64,000 nucleotides of DNA from Candidatus Poribacteria bacterium (GCA_963665235.2 CAXXLX010000002.1:480001-544000), one strand, 5' to 3'; shown: positions 1 to 10,166, numbered from the stretch's first letter. The notes: generated from the letters alone by a model not told the origin. Translations and numbers: made by a program.

Positions 1-559
1 CGGAAAGCGGTATGCCTTGAAGGTCATCCAACGCCTCATTTAAGGCGTTCGGAATGTTTGTGTTTTCCCCCTCCGCGTTTGCTAACACGGCATGCGGAAT
101 CCGTTTCGACCCCGTATCAAATCCGAACAATCTGACTTTGAATTGGTTGTCTCTGAGTTTTTCAAGGAGCCCCCCGCCAGCCTCAATGTCTTCACCAAAA
201 AGCAACCGATTGACCCGTTCCAGCCGCGGAGTACCGTCGATAGAATCGGTAATCTGCATACTCTTAGACCGGTCCACCATTACCAGAAGGTAGGAGTCAT
301 CAGGATTGTTCTGATAAATCGTCAGGAAAGGTTTGAGTAGGCAGAAGGCGAGGAGACACAGTATAACCGTTCGGAGAACGATGAGAAACCCTCGGAATCC
401 CCGTCCTGTCCGTCCCCTTGTACTCCGATATGCCCAAATCGTAGCGGCAATAAGTGCGGCCAATAGGACAAGGATAAGAAGCCCCGGTAACGGTATCCCG
501 AACGCGAAATCCCCCTCCCGAAAAACGTCAATCGGGTGCCTCATGAGTGTTTCAAACAT
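1..559 (-). CDS. Membrane-anchored vWA-domain protein, 5' part (runs off the window start); paralog of 33214..35502
   Basis: Not in the ORF track. Manual translation MFETLMRHPIDVFREGDFAFGIPLPGLLILVLL...YLLVMVDRSKSMQITD...NTNIPNALNEALDDLQGIPLS; two TM segments, MIDAS-like DxSxS, GAGGA RBS upstream. Confidence 0.8.
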   Translation of the reverse strand, partial: MFETLMRHPIDVFREGDFAFGIPLPGLLILVLLAALIAATIWAYRSTRGRTGRGFRGFLIVLRTVILCLLAFCLLKPFLTIYQNNPDDSYLLVMVDRSKSMQITDSIDGTPRLERVNRLLFGEDIEAGGGLLEKLRDNQFKVRLFGFDTGSKRIPHAVLANAEGENTNIPNALNEALDDLQGIPLS

Positions 560-635
560 AATCATTTCCTCTCTAAATCATCTAATGCCTTGCGGTGCAA
601 GGTGGTGTGTCTATCTGCTTGTGCTATATATTATT

Positions 636-759
636 CAGGACTTACGCGCCATGCAATGAGTAAGAATAGCAGGCGAAAGTCATTAAAAACCATCAGAAAA
701 CTGACTATCGACTGCTAATAGCCATGCCCGTGATTTATCACTTGTTCGCGTAAGTCTTA
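636..759. mobile_element. MITE-like element, family C (CAGGACTTACGC ends)
   Basis: CAGGACTTACGCG at 636 and CGCGTAAGTCTTA ending 759; flanks TTATT/TTAAT (4/5 match). Confidence 0.55.
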
Positions 760-805
760 TTAATATTATACACTAGTGCGTTGAGTCAAGTCAACGTTTT
801 TTTTA

Positions 806-1299
806 TGGGGTGTATAGTTTTTGCCATGGGAATAGGGGAGGAATTGTTACGCATCTTAAAATCCGCGAAATCTGTGTCCTCCGCGATAATCCGCGATTTG
901 CGGCGTACTCGCCCAAATGCGACGTGCATTCAGACAAAAACGCACAACTCTCTCAAACACCCCCTTTTCTCAAATTGACACCCCTGTGATGGCCCTACAC
1001 TATGTTTATAGACTGGGTTTCTGTCCGCCTCAAAAAAATTCAAGGATTGTTTCATAGACCGGGCCGTGGGCGCAAACCCGCGTTCGCACCCAAATCGCCC
1101 GACAAAACTATAATCACAAACCTTCTATTGTTACGCATCTTAAAATCCGCGAAATCCGATAAATCCGCGATAATCCGAGATTCAGACAACACACACGAAA
1201 TCCCCTCTTCCATCCTTCCCCTCTTCCAACCTTCCATTCTTCCACCCTTCCACCTAACTTTGGACAATCCTAAAATTGTCCAAAGTTTAGTAAGTCCTG
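806..1299. repeat. Composite intergenic repeat region
   Basis: Degenerate family-A end at ~806; AATCCGCGATTTGCGGCGTACTCGCCCAAATGCGACGTGCATTC module shared with ~6540 and ~39950; ATCCGCGA and TTCCATCC iterations; near-perfect inverted repeat 1254-1290. Confidence 0.7.
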
Positions 1300-1351
1300 C
1301 TGTGTTAAGCTATCTCTTTTGGAGTTCAGTTTTTACATGGGCGTAGGAAGT

Positions 1352-2335
1352 TTAACCGGGCAATTGGATTCGCTGTCCAGTGTGTGCAGATTCGTGCAAC
1401 GCGTCAATAGCGTGCATATTCCCGAGCGCATCCGAAATTGGTAAACGCAGCGGCGTGCCGTTTGCTACCGCTTCACACAGATTCAATATCTCAGCCGCGT
1501 AAGGGTTCACGCCTGTCACACTGAAGGTTTCCCCATTCACACTGAAGTGAGATTCCCCCTCACCGTTCCCCCATGCAGTCTGGACAAATAGGGTGCCCTT
1601 TGTTCCAGCAACTTCGTAACATTCACGCCAGGTCCAGCCGAAGCTACAATCCAATTGTCCAGTGACACCCTCACCAAAATCCAATGTGCCAATCAATGTT
1701 TCCCAGACGTTGTTAATCGGTTCAAATTTGCCAGTTGCCCAGGCGGCTTGAGGTTCCCGGCCGATGAGGTAGCGGATGATGTTAATACAATAACAGCCGA
1801 GGTCCATAACGGCACCGCCGCCGAGGTCGCCCCGGAGTCGCCAGTTCTGTCTATCGGTGAGACCAGTTGAAAAGGATGAACGGACATAGCGGACCTCCCC
1901 GATTGCTCCCTCTTCAACCTTCTGCTTTACTGCCAACGTCAACGGATGGTGTCGATACATAAACGCCTCCATTAATCGGATGTCAGCCCCATCTGTAACC
2001 TGAATCATCTGCTCAAGTTGCAAAGTTGTGACAGCAATCGGTTTTTCAACGAGAATTCCTTTGATACCACACCGGACAGCTTCCAGCACATTCTTAAGAT
2101 GGCTTGAGGGCCACGTTGCAACGACTAGCACATCGGGTTTCTGTTTTTCCAGCATCTGCCGAAGGTCGTTGTAGGTATTTTGCACGTTATATTCAGTGGC
2201 AAAGCGCGAGAGTGCGTCAAATTTCTCGTCACAGGCACCGACAATCTCTATTTCCGGTACTGCGCGCCATGCCCTTCCATGTGCATGTGAAATACCGCCA
2301 CATCCAACGATTGCCACGCGATATTTTTTCGACAT
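1352..2335 (-). CDS. Gfo/Idh/MocA family oxidoreductase
   Basis: VAIVGCGGIS Rossmann motif, EKP motif, GGGAVMDLGCY. Confidence 0.93.
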   Translation of the reverse strand: MSKKYRVAIVGCGGISHAHGRAWRAVPEIEIVGACDEKFDALSRFATEYNVQNTYNDLRQMLEKQKPDVLVVATWPSSHLKNVLEAVRCGIKGILVEKPIAVTTLQLEQMIQVTDGADIRLMEAFMYRHHPLTLAVKQKVEEGAIGEVRYVRSSFSTGLTDRQNWRLRGDLGGGAVMDLGCYCINIIRYLIGREPQAAWATGKFEPINNVWETLIGTLDFGEGVTGQLDCSFGWTWRECYEVAGTKGTLFVQTAWGNGEGESHFSVNGETFSVTGVNPYAAEILNLCEAVANGTPLRLPISDALGNMHAIDALHESAHTGQRIQLPG

Positions 2336-2353
2336 AATTTTTCCACCTTAGCG

Positions 2354-3325
2354 TTAGAGCGAAGCGATTTCTACGAGCCTATTCTCTTGAGCAGAGAGGT
2401 TTGCAGCCAGTGATATTGCAAGCGTTTTGACAGCGTCGCTATACGGGCTTAAAATCGGAGATGCATCGCCGCTACGGACTGCGTTCACAAAAACTTCGTC
2501 AATGCTGGGACCGGGTTCTGTTTTATCCACCCATTCGCCATCTTCCTTCACAGAGACTCTCGCGGGATTCCAGTTTAACAACTCACCATCATATAAAATA
2601 TCTAAAACATTGGCATTGTTCCAACCGCCTGCATAAGCCCATGCAGCTGTCATTGAACCGACAACGCCATCACTAAATTGGAGCGTCACACAATTGCTAT
2701 CTGGACAGTCAATCTGTTTTAGAAACCGGTTCGCTTGCATTGCGTAAACAGTCTCTACCTCACCGATGAGATTCCGCATCATATCAATTGTATGTGTGGC
2801 TTGTTCCACCAATTGCCCGCCGGACTTGTTCATCTGTCGGAGCCACCCTTCCGGGTTACCGCGTCCGCTGCCGCACCAATACTTACCGACAACCATGTTA
2901 ATTGTCCTGTCTGCCAAGATGTCTTGTGTTATCCGTGTTGAACCGAGATAGCGGAGTTGATAACCGACACAGGTTATCAGCCCTGCTTTTGTAACGGCTG
3001 CTTCAACCTCACGGGCGATGTCCATATTGATAGCGACCGGTTTCTCAACGAAGAACGGTAAACCGCGTTCGATGACATCTAATTCAGGTTGACCGTGGAC
3101 AAAAACGGGAAGACTCAAATAAATAGCGTCAAGGTCATCCCGTTCCAACATTACGCGATGCTCTGTATATGGGGCTGCGTTGTGTTTTTCCGCTGCATTT
3201 TGTGCCTTTTGCGGAACAATGTCGCACACCGCAACGACGTTCGCACCTTCCATTCCGGATAGCCGGTTCATGTGACCGTTCGCATTGCCACCAGAGCCGA
3301 TAAAACCAATTTTAATTTCTTTCAT
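2354..3325 (-). CDS. Gfo/Idh/MocA family oxidoreductase
   Basis: IGFIGSGGNA, FVEKP, SGGQLVEQATHTID. Confidence 0.93.
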   Translation of the reverse strand: MKEIKIGFIGSGGNANGHMNRLSGMEGANVVAVCDIVPQKAQNAAEKHNAAPYTEHRVMLERDDLDAIYLSLPVFVHGQPELDVIERGLPFFVEKPVAINMDIAREVEAAVTKAGLITCVGYQLRYLGSTRITQDILADRTINMVVGKYWCGSGRGNPEGWLRQMNKSGGQLVEQATHTIDMMRNLIGEVETVYAMQANRFLKQIDCPDSNCVTLQFSDGVVGSMTAAWAYAGGWNNANVLDILYDGELLNWNPARVSVKEDGEWVDKTEPGPSIDEVFVNAVRSGDASPILSPYSDAVKTLAISLAANLSAQENRLVEIASL

Positions 3326-3354
3326 TACTTTTTTCCTTTCTAAATGTTTGGATA

Positions 3355-3570
3355 CTATAACCTATTTCCAGAATACGGTTTCTGTGCCGGTTTATTCAGT
3401 TTCGCACATGTTTCCAGATAATCTTCTACAGCTTCTTCAAAAGCCTCTCGGAGTTCTGGGACAGTGTCCGCGTGAAACCCGACGATATCGGTGATTCCTG
3501 CAATATGACCGACAAGACATTTATCTTTTTCGCTGTACTCGACACGCGCGCTATACCCTTTGGACTTCAT
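3355..3570 (-). CDS. hicB: HicB-family antitoxin, C-terminally truncated, no adjacent HicA
   Basis: MKSKGYSARVEYSEKDKCLVGHIAGITDIVGFHADTVPELREAFEEAVEDYLETC...KPYSG is the HicB RNase H-like domain; GGAGGAGG RBS; stops before the DNA-binding domain. Confidence 0.8.
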   Translation of the reverse strand: MKSKGYSARVEYSEKDKCLVGHIAGITDIVGFHADTVPELREAFEEAVEDYLETCAKLNKPAQKPYSGNRL

Positions 3571-3625
3571 GGAATTATTCCCGCCTCCTCCAGGAAACGC
3601 TGCGTTGTTCGCTGTCCGACTCGCG

Positions 3626-4840
3626 TTACCGTGCCTTAAAATTAACCTGTAACGCCTTTTCAATATCTTCACGGGGATGAATCCCGAACTGTTCCTCAAA
3701 ATTCCGATCAAAAGCGTCTTCTTCTGCTGCATCCGGTAGCAGCGGCAGTTGAACCGGTTGCCGATTGTTGCGGATAGAACGTTGTGCAGCGATAACCATT
3801 TCTTGGTCGGCTCTGCCCATTTCTCCTGTCCAGAGGGGCGATGTGTCTTCTCGTACCGCTGTTGCGATACCGTCGAGCATTGTTGCAAGTGAAATTCCGC
3901 CTTCGGAGATTTGCATATCTCTATACGGATTGAGCCATTCAACCGTGCCGCCAAGAGATTCGGGGAGTTCCACAAAGATACGTTGCAGCACCTTATTATC
4001 ACGGTATTCCCTCTGAAATTCGTAAGTTTGCGCTCTTCCAGCGTTCTGGCGAATATCTTCATCTGTGCAAACGTTGACCGTTTCGCCACCGGAGGCACCT
4101 TGATTGCCGTTCGTGATAATTGTACCGCGTTCACCACACGTCTCAAAACCGACCAGTTTATTACGTCCGAGGCACCCATTCTTGTTGCCTACCATCGCGA
4201 TACCGAGTCCACCGTTGTCAAAATCAACGGCGTAAAATTCAAGTCTTTCTGAACTAAAATCGCGTTTAGCACGGTCGACGTAAGGCACAACAGACATCAT
4301 GTGTCCGATACTGCTTACGGATGTAGGAGCAGCATTCATCCGACACCTTATTGCTGCAAGTCCATGATACCCGGTTGTGGAAAACAACCGATAGCATTTA
4401 TGCACCTTGCCGATTACACCTTCCTGAATGAGTTTGCAAACAAACTGTTCTACGGGGACAAACGGAAAGTTCTCTGATGTTTGCAGTTGGACACCATTTT
4501 CAGCTGCATCTGCTATCATCATATCCATCAAACCGAGCGTCGGGGCGAGTCCTGTTTCAACGTTATGTGAGATACCGCAACGTGACAGGTAGCAAGAAAC
4601 GATATGATGCAATGGGGCAGGCACAACAACATCGCAAACATCAGGGGCCATTTCGTCAACAAGTTTTCGGACATCGGTATATGCCTTAACACCGACCCTT
4701 GCTGCGCCTGCTTCTGCTGATTCCTGATGGGCATCACACACCGCAACAATTTCAAAGGTCCCCTTTAGCGCGGCAGCGGTTGACAGATGTGCTGAGCCGC
4801 GTCGTCCGTGACCGATTAATGCATATTTTAAACGTGACAT
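3626..4840 (-). CDS. Gfo/Idh/MocA family oxidoreductase (divergent)
   Basis: YALIGHGRRG, IVAVCD; ETG in place of EKP. Confidence 0.85.
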   Translation of the reverse strand: MSRLKYALIGHGRRGSAHLSTAAALKGTFEIVAVCDAHQESAEAGAARVGVKAYTDVRKLVDEMAPDVCDVVVPAPLHHIVSCYLSRCGISHNVETGLAPTLGLMDMMIADAAENGVQLQTSENFPFVPVEQFVCKLIQEGVIGKVHKCYRLFSTTGYHGLAAIRCRMNAAPTSVSSIGHMMSVVPYVDRAKRDFSSERLEFYAVDFDNGGLGIAMVGNKNGCLGRNKLVGFETCGERGTIITNGNQGASGGETVNVCTDEDIRQNAGRAQTYEFQREYRDNKVLQRIFVELPESLGGTVEWLNPYRDMQISEGGISLATMLDGIATAVREDTSPLWTGEMGRADQEMVIAAQRSIRNNRQPVQLPLLPDAAEEDAFDRNFEEQFGIHPREDIEKALQVNFKAR

Positions 4841-4860
4841 TTTTCCCTCAAAATTAAAGA

Positions 4861-5131
4861 CAGGCCTTACGCAAATTTAGGCGATAGTCTCGTAGGGGCG
4901 AGGTTTCCTCGCCCGTTAGTTTTGTTCTAAATCGGATTGAGGCCTTACGCAAATTTAGGCGGTAGTCTCGTAGGGGCGAGGTTTCCTCGCCCGTTAGTTT
5001 TGTTCTAAATCGGATTGAGGCTTTACGCGAATTTAGTCGATAGCCTCGTAGGGGCGAGTTTTCCTCGCCCGTTAGCTTTGCTTCTAAATCCCATTATCAC
5101 ATCGACTTATCAACGGGCTGCGTCTGTCCTG
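4861..5131. mobile_element. MITE-like element, family C, with three tandem 78-bp units each holding a GTAG-REP hairpin
   Basis: Ends CAGGCCTTACGCA / TGCGTCTGTCCTG; exact 5-bp TSD AAAGA (4856-4860, 5132-5136); units start 4862, 4940, 5018; REP GTAGGGGCGAGGTTTCCTCGCCC. Confidence 0.8.
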
Positions 5132-5164
5132 AAAGATAGGAAGTACGCGCCGCGCGCTGGCATA

Positions 5165-6112
5165 CTAGTTCGTGCACTGATAACCGACCTCCTCAAGACT
5201 TACACGAATTCTGTCTATCTCGGTTTCAGAGAGTTGCCGGAGCGGTCGCCGCATCGTCATAGATGGAAACCTACCCATCAACCATCTGGCACACTTCATG
5301 CGTTGATGTGCATCGCTGCTCGGTTCACCGAAGTTATAAACAATCCGCGCTAAGGTATCCACCTGATTACGTGCTTTGCGTGCCCCTATCAAATCGTTGT
5401 TGAGTGCCGCATGTACTACTGCCACCATCAATTCAGGAACAAATCCGGCAAAACCGATGAGCGCACCGTCGCTGCCCTCCAAAAGCGAAGCGAGCAGATA
5501 TTCGTCATGACACGTTAAAATAGGCACATGCGGGGCTGCTTCTTTCAATTGTTCATAATCCCATCGCCAACGTGCCATGTCGCGAGTGCCCATTTTGATA
5601 CAGACAACTTGCGGAATTTTCACCATCTCCAACATCTCTTCAAGGGAATATCCCGCCTTTGTCCATGCGGGATATTGATGTACAATAATCGGTATATCCG
5701 CGCCTTCGGCGACATCTTGAAAATAACCGACTGCGGTTTCAGGTGTACGCCCGAACCGTAACCAGTGGTGCGCGGGCATTAGCAGAATCGCATCTGCTCC
5801 TGCTTCTTTCGCAGCGAGCGCATCGTCAATTGCCGGAAGACTGCCCTCCGCGCTAACGCCTGAAACAACTTTAACCTTATCGCCAACGGCTTCAGCGGTG
5901 ATTCGTGTGACGCGCTGCCGTTCCGATAAACGGAGAGACATGATTTCACCGGTGTGACCGTTACAGACAACCCCTTTTATGCCTTCAACGCTGGCCAATT
6001 CCTGCATATATTGACGCAAACCGGCTTCGTCAATTGATTCATCCGGATGAAACGGACAAAGGGTCGCCGGAAAAACCCCCGCCCACGGATGATGTTCCCA
6101 ATTTAAATTCAT
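5165..6112 (-). CDS. Dihydrodipicolinate synthase (DapA)-family aldolase/dehydratase
   Basis: GVFPATLCPF, NGHTGE, GADAILLMP, conserved Tyr and Schiff-base Lys (CIKMG). Confidence 0.88.
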   Translation of the reverse strand: MNLNWEHHPWAGVFPATLCPFHPDESIDEAGLRQYMQELASVEGIKGVVCNGHTGEIMSLRLSERQRVTRITAEAVGDKVKVVSGVSAEGSLPAIDDALAAKEAGADAILLMPAHHWLRFGRTPETAVGYFQDVAEGADIPIIVHQYPAWTKAGYSLEEMLEMVKIPQVVCIKMGTRDMARWRWDYEQLKEAAPHVPILTCHDEYLLASLLEGSDGALIGFAGFVPELMVAVVHAALNNDLIGARKARNQVDTLARIVYNFGEPSSDAHQRMKCARWLMGRFPSMTMRRPLRQLSETEIDRIRVSLEEVGYQCTN

Positions 6113-6174
6113 TTTTTCCCTTATTGTAGCATAAACTTCCAGTTTGTGCCTTTCTTCGTTTCATTTCTAACAAC

Positions 6175-6691
6175 GGGTGTGTAAAGTTTTTGTACAAACA
6201 GTCCGATGTCTTATGTAGGAGTGTGCTTCGCACGCGACTGGCACCCCTCGACCTGTCTGGAATCCCGACATTCATCTTATGTAGAAACCTGCTTCGCACG
6301 CGACCTCCTAACGTAACTTGAGGGGAACAGTCGGCTCTTAGCCCCAGCGGGGCGGTATCTTTATAGAAAACCCAAACAAAACACAAAATAGCCCCAGCGG
6401 GGCGATATGTTTATAGATTTTAGCCAAACCCCGCTTCTTTCTGCCTCCGCCGCGTCCTCTGCACCTTCCTTGATTCAGCAAAAAATGCACAGATGTTAGC
6501 AAAAAACCTCTTTTCCGCGTTCTCTGTGTCCTCTGTGTAATCCGCGATTTGCGGCGTACTCGCCCAAATGCGACGTGCATTCTGACAACACACACGCTAA
6601 ATTCACTCTGCCACTCTTCCATCCTTCCACCCTTCCATGCTTCCACTCCTCCATCCTTCCCTCTATCATAGTACAAAAACTTTACGCACCC
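6175..6691. mobile_element. MITE-like composite, family A
   Basis: GGGTGTGTAAAGTTTTTGTAC at 6175 and GTACAAAAACTTTACGCACCC ending 6691 (20/21 IR); no TSD retained; cargo of REPs and TA-GCCCC hairpins. Confidence 0.7.
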
Positions 6692-6876
6692 TATGTCTTT
6701 TCTTTCTTCTCTTGCCAATTGCCAATCGCCAATTGCCAAAAAAAACAAATAAACACGGAATTCCGTAATAATTTTCAATTTAACGTTATTTTAACTTGAT
6801 TTTCAATGCAAAGTCAAGTATTATTTTAAATAACGAATTTATTCTATCCTCATTTTTTTGGACGGAGGCGGTTCAG

Positions 6877-7332
6877 ATGGAACAGAGAAGACTGAAAATT
6901 ATCGCTGCGAGTGCTATTTTGCTCACCACTATGGCAGTTTTGGTGGTGGCGGGGATTAAAAAAACGAGTATACAGTATTTTACACCTGCTGACCTAGTGG
7001 CGAACGCGGCCACGATTAACAATAAAAGGGTACAGGTCGATGGTGCCGTTTTGGAGGGCAGCTCACATTGGGATGCAGCGAATTTTAAGTTGACCTTTGC
7101 TGTACGCAACCGCGACACTGAAGATGCTGCGAACGCCACAGTCAATGTAATCTTCGCGGACCGGCTCAAACCGGATAACTTCATGGATGGCGGCAGTGTT
7201 TTTGTGGAAGGCAGATACGATGCGGACCGAAATCTTGTCATCGCTACGAAGGTAATGACCAAGTGCGCTTCCAAATACGAGAGTGCGGACAGCACGACAA
7301 CGGACAGTGATACTTCGTATCTCGAGCAATAA
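6877..7332 (+). CDS. ccmE: Cytochrome c maturation heme chaperone CcmE (CxxxY type)
   Basis: N-terminal TM, PDNF..G..VFVEG, C-terminal TKCASKY; GGAGG RBS before ATG 6877. Confidence 0.92.
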   Translation: MEQRRLKIIAASAILLTTMAVLVVAGIKKTSIQYFTPADLVANAATINNKRVQVDGAVLEGSSHWDAANFKLTFAVRNRDTEDAANATVNVIFADRLKPDNFMDGGSVFVEGRYDADRNLVIATKVMTKCASKYESADSTTTDSDTSYLEQ

Positions 7333-7364
7333 GAGGTTTCCGACGAACGTTCTTTTAGGGAGGT

Positions 7365-9467
7365 ATGAAACAGATGACTGCTGAACTCGGACAAGCCGCG
7401 ATATGGTTGTCTGTCCTTTCTGCGTTGTGGGCAATTGTTTTTCTCTGCATCGGATTGCGGCAGAGAAATCGGAACGCTGTACAGAGCGGTAGAAACGCTG
7501 TTATCGCCACATTCGTTCTCATCAGCATTGCAACTGGCGCGTTAATCTTCGGATTTGTGACCGACGATTTTTCCATGCGTTACGTCGTTGAGGTATCCAG
7601 TGAAGCGCAACCCCTCCTCTATAAAATCACCGCACTCTGGGGACGCATGTCCGGTTCTCTCCTATTTTGGCTCTGGCTGCTTACTGTAGCAGGGGCAGTC
7701 GTCGTTTTGCAAAACCGACGTGCCACCGACACCCTTGCCGATTATGCACTGATTCCAATTACCGTTGTACAGCTCTTTTTCATCGTTCTTGTCACCGGGT
7801 TAATTGAGGGGGTTTATAACCCGCTTGCCCGATTTCCGGGCGGACAGGTGGCACCCGATGGAAGCGGCATGAACCCGCTCCTTCAGACACCAAGCATGGC
7901 GTTCCACCCGCCAACGTTATATATCGGTTGGATTAGTCTAACGGTGCCGTTTGCGTATGCTGTCGGCGCGCTTGCCTCCGGTAGAATCGGAACCGATTGG
8001 ATATACCGTTCACGTAGATGGATGCTATTTTCATGGATTGTGTTGACTGTCGGCATCACCCTCGGCGGAAATTGGGCATACCGCGAACTTGGGTGGGGAG
8101 GCTACTGGGCCTGGGATCCGGTTGAAAATGCCTCTTTTATGCCGTGGCTTCTGGGCACCGCATATCTGCACTCCGTGATGATTCAAGAGAAGCGGAATAT
8201 GCTCAAATTGTGGAATATTCTGCTTATTACGTTAGCCTTCCAGTTCACGTTATTGGGGACGTTTATTACGCGAAGTGGCATTATCACTTCGGTGCATGCC
8301 TTCGCGCAATCCGACATCGGTGGATATTTCCTCAGCTTCATCTTAGCCTCAACAGGGGGTGTCATCGCGCTTATTGTGTATCGCTGGAAGCGGCTTAAAA
8401 GTGCAAATCGGCTCGAATCGCTGCTCTCCCGCGAGAGCGCGTTTGTTCTGAATAACTGGCTCCTGGTCGGCTTAACCTTGATTATCCTCTGGGGGACGTT
8501 GTGGCCTATTGTCTCCGAAGCGATTAACGGTCAAAAATCGTCTGTCCCGGAGACCTTCTTTAACAAGGTTGTTATTATTCCAGGGTTATTGCTTCTCTTT
8601 TTGACCGGTGCCGGCCCTATCATTTCTTGGAAAAAGATTACGCCTAACAATTTTCGCCGCATGTTTTTATGGCCCCTGTTAATCGGTTTGATAGTAGGGG
8701 CAGCAACCTGGGTATTTTTTGCTGTCAGAGCACGGACCGCTATAGCGAATACTGAAGCTGCCGATGCTAATTTGTTTACGCAGGCGTGGGCATTTCTTAC
8801 TTTCAGCGGACAACCGATGCCAATCTATTCAGCACTTTGTGTTTTCGCAGGCGTTTTCGTGTTCGTTGCGATTTTTAGCGAATTTTATCGCGGTGCAAAA
8901 CTTCGAGCAAAACGGCAGGAAACGAGCTTTTTTGAAGGGTTAGGGCTTCTCATTCAGCGGAACAAAAGACGTTATGGCGGTTATATTGTCCATATCGGAA
9001 TTGTTATCGTCTACCTCGGCATTATGGGGTCAAAAGGGTATTTTCTACTTGAGTCTGCAAGCTTAAAACTTGGCGAGTCAATGCAGGTCGGCGAATATCA
9101 GCTGACGATGAAGGACACATTTCAGGAGGAACACCAAAATTACCTTCGCGCAGGCGTTGTTTTTGATGTTCAAAAGGATGGAGAACCGCACGGCACCATG
9201 GAACCTGCTCGCCACTTCTATTATAAAGCAGGGCAGGGTGAACAGGATACCATTGAATCCGCAATACGTCATTTCGGGGTGAACGACCTTTATATCGCCC
9301 TCGGGCCCTTGCCATCAAATATCGGGGCAGACACCCATGTCAACGTCCAAGCCTATCACAATCCGCTAATCAGCGTGGTTTGGATTGGGGTCGCTATAAT
9401 GGTGATAGGCGGCATTGTCGCCATACTGGAGAAGTACGAACCTAAACCACGTTCCCAAATAGGATAA
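7365..9467 (+). CDS. ccmF: Cytochrome c heme lyase CcmF
   Basis: GMNPLLQ, FHPP, WGGYWAWDPVENAS (WWD motif), SVHAFA. Confidence 0.97.
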   Translation: MKQMTAELGQAAIWLSVLSALWAIVFLCIGLRQRNRNAVQSGRNAVIATFVLISIATGALIFGFVTDDFSMRYVVEVSSEAQPLLYKITALWGRMSGSLLFWLWLLTVAGAVVVLQNRRATDTLADYALIPITVVQLFFIVLVTGLIEGVYNPLARFPGGQVAPDGSGMNPLLQTPSMAFHPPTLYIGWISLTVPFAYAVGALASGRIGTDWIYRSRRWMLFSWIVLTVGITLGGNWAYRELGWGGYWAWDPVENASFMPWLLGTAYLHSVMIQEKRNMLKLWNILLITLAFQFTLLGTFITRSGIITSVHAFAQSDIGGYFLSFILASTGGVIALIVYRWKRLKSANRLESLLSRESAFVLNNWLLVGLTLIILWGTLWPIVSEAINGQKSSVPETFFNKVVIIPGLLLLFLTGAGPIISWKKITPNNFRRMFLWPLLIGLIVGAATWVFFAVRARTAIANTEAADANLFTQAWAFLTFSGQPMPIYSALCVFAGVFVFVAIFSEFYRGAKLRAKRQETSFFEGLGLLIQRNKRRYGGYIVHIGIVIVYLGIMGSKGYFLLESASLKLGESMQVGEYQLTMKDTFQEEHQNYLRAGVVFDVQKDGEPHGTMEPARHFYYKAGQGEQDTIESAIRHFGVNDLYIALGPLPSNIGADTHVNVQAYHNPLISVVWIGVAIMVIGGIVAILEKYEPKPRSQIG

Positions 9468-9618
9468 CCTAAGTTGCCACATAGTAGCATAATCTTCCAG
9501 ATTGTGCATATTTGTGTGCAAATTGGAAGTGAACGGGACAAATATTAGCTAATTATCAGCATATTTTCATTAAAGACGGTTTTTCCAAGTCTAAAAACTT
9601 ATAAGTAGCAACTTGGGT
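9467..9618. mobile_element. 152-bp MITE, family D, between ccmF and ccmH
   Basis: ACCTAAGTTGCCAC / GTAGCAACTTGGGT inverted ends; TAGGATA duplicated at 9460-9466 and 9619-9625; REP hairpin GTAGCATAATCTTCCAGATTGTGC inside. Confidence 0.8.
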
Positions 9619-9634
9619 TAGGATAGGTGTTCTC

Positions 9635-10156
9635 ATGAAAATCCGAAATTTGCGATGTCCACTAACACTCTGTGTTGTTTTTTCTATGCTATTTGTCTGC
9701 ACAGCCATCGCACAGGAACAAGTAGAGGCAACCATCCCTCTCAAACCAGCAGAGATTGACTCCGGATTAAACGAGTTGATGACGACAGTTTACTGTCCAT
9801 GTGGATGTGTCCGAGAAACAATCAAGGCGTGTGTATGTGCCACGGCGCAGCAAATTGAGGCTGATTTTCGGAACGTATTGACCGCTGGTGGAATTGTTCA
9901 TGAAATCCGTACTGCTTACCTTCAAAGACACGGACCGCAGTTTTCTGCTGTTATGCCCGCAAAAGGTATCAATCTGCTTGCGTATCTGATGCCTATAGGC
10001 ATTCTCATCGCCCTGGGGGCGGTAGTTGTCGTTGTTTTGCGTAGAGCGCGTAATAATGATAATTGGGCACCCCTAACACAACCCGATACGCAGATTTCTA
10101 ATGAACTTCAGCAACAGGTTGAATCGGAACTCGAAAAGTATAAAAAACAAAATTAG
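9635..10156 (+). CDS. ccmH: CcmH-like cytochrome c biogenesis protein
   Basis: Signal peptide, YCPCGC...CVC motif, C-terminal TM; follows ccmF. Confidence 0.75.
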   Translation: MKIRNLRCPLTLCVVFSMLFVCTAIAQEQVEATIPLKPAEIDSGLNELMTTVYCPCGCVRETIKACVCATAQQIEADFRNVLTAGGIVHEIRTAYLQRHGPQFSAVMPAKGINLLAYLMPIGILIALGAVVVVVLRRARNNDNWAPLTQPDTQISNELQQQVESELEKYKKQN

Positions 10157-10166
10157 GAGACGCGCT

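Noticed and set aside
1002-1346. ORFs in repeat-rich spacers (also 6338..6778, 39765..39998, 58118..58363)
   Set aside because: Translations of repeat modules (PFFQPSILP, GRMEGWK); no evidence of coding function.
3571-4179. Long N-terminal extension of the hicB ORF (274 aa in the track)
   Set aside because: It overlaps the oxidoreductase in another frame; the real RBS and ATG are at 3570.
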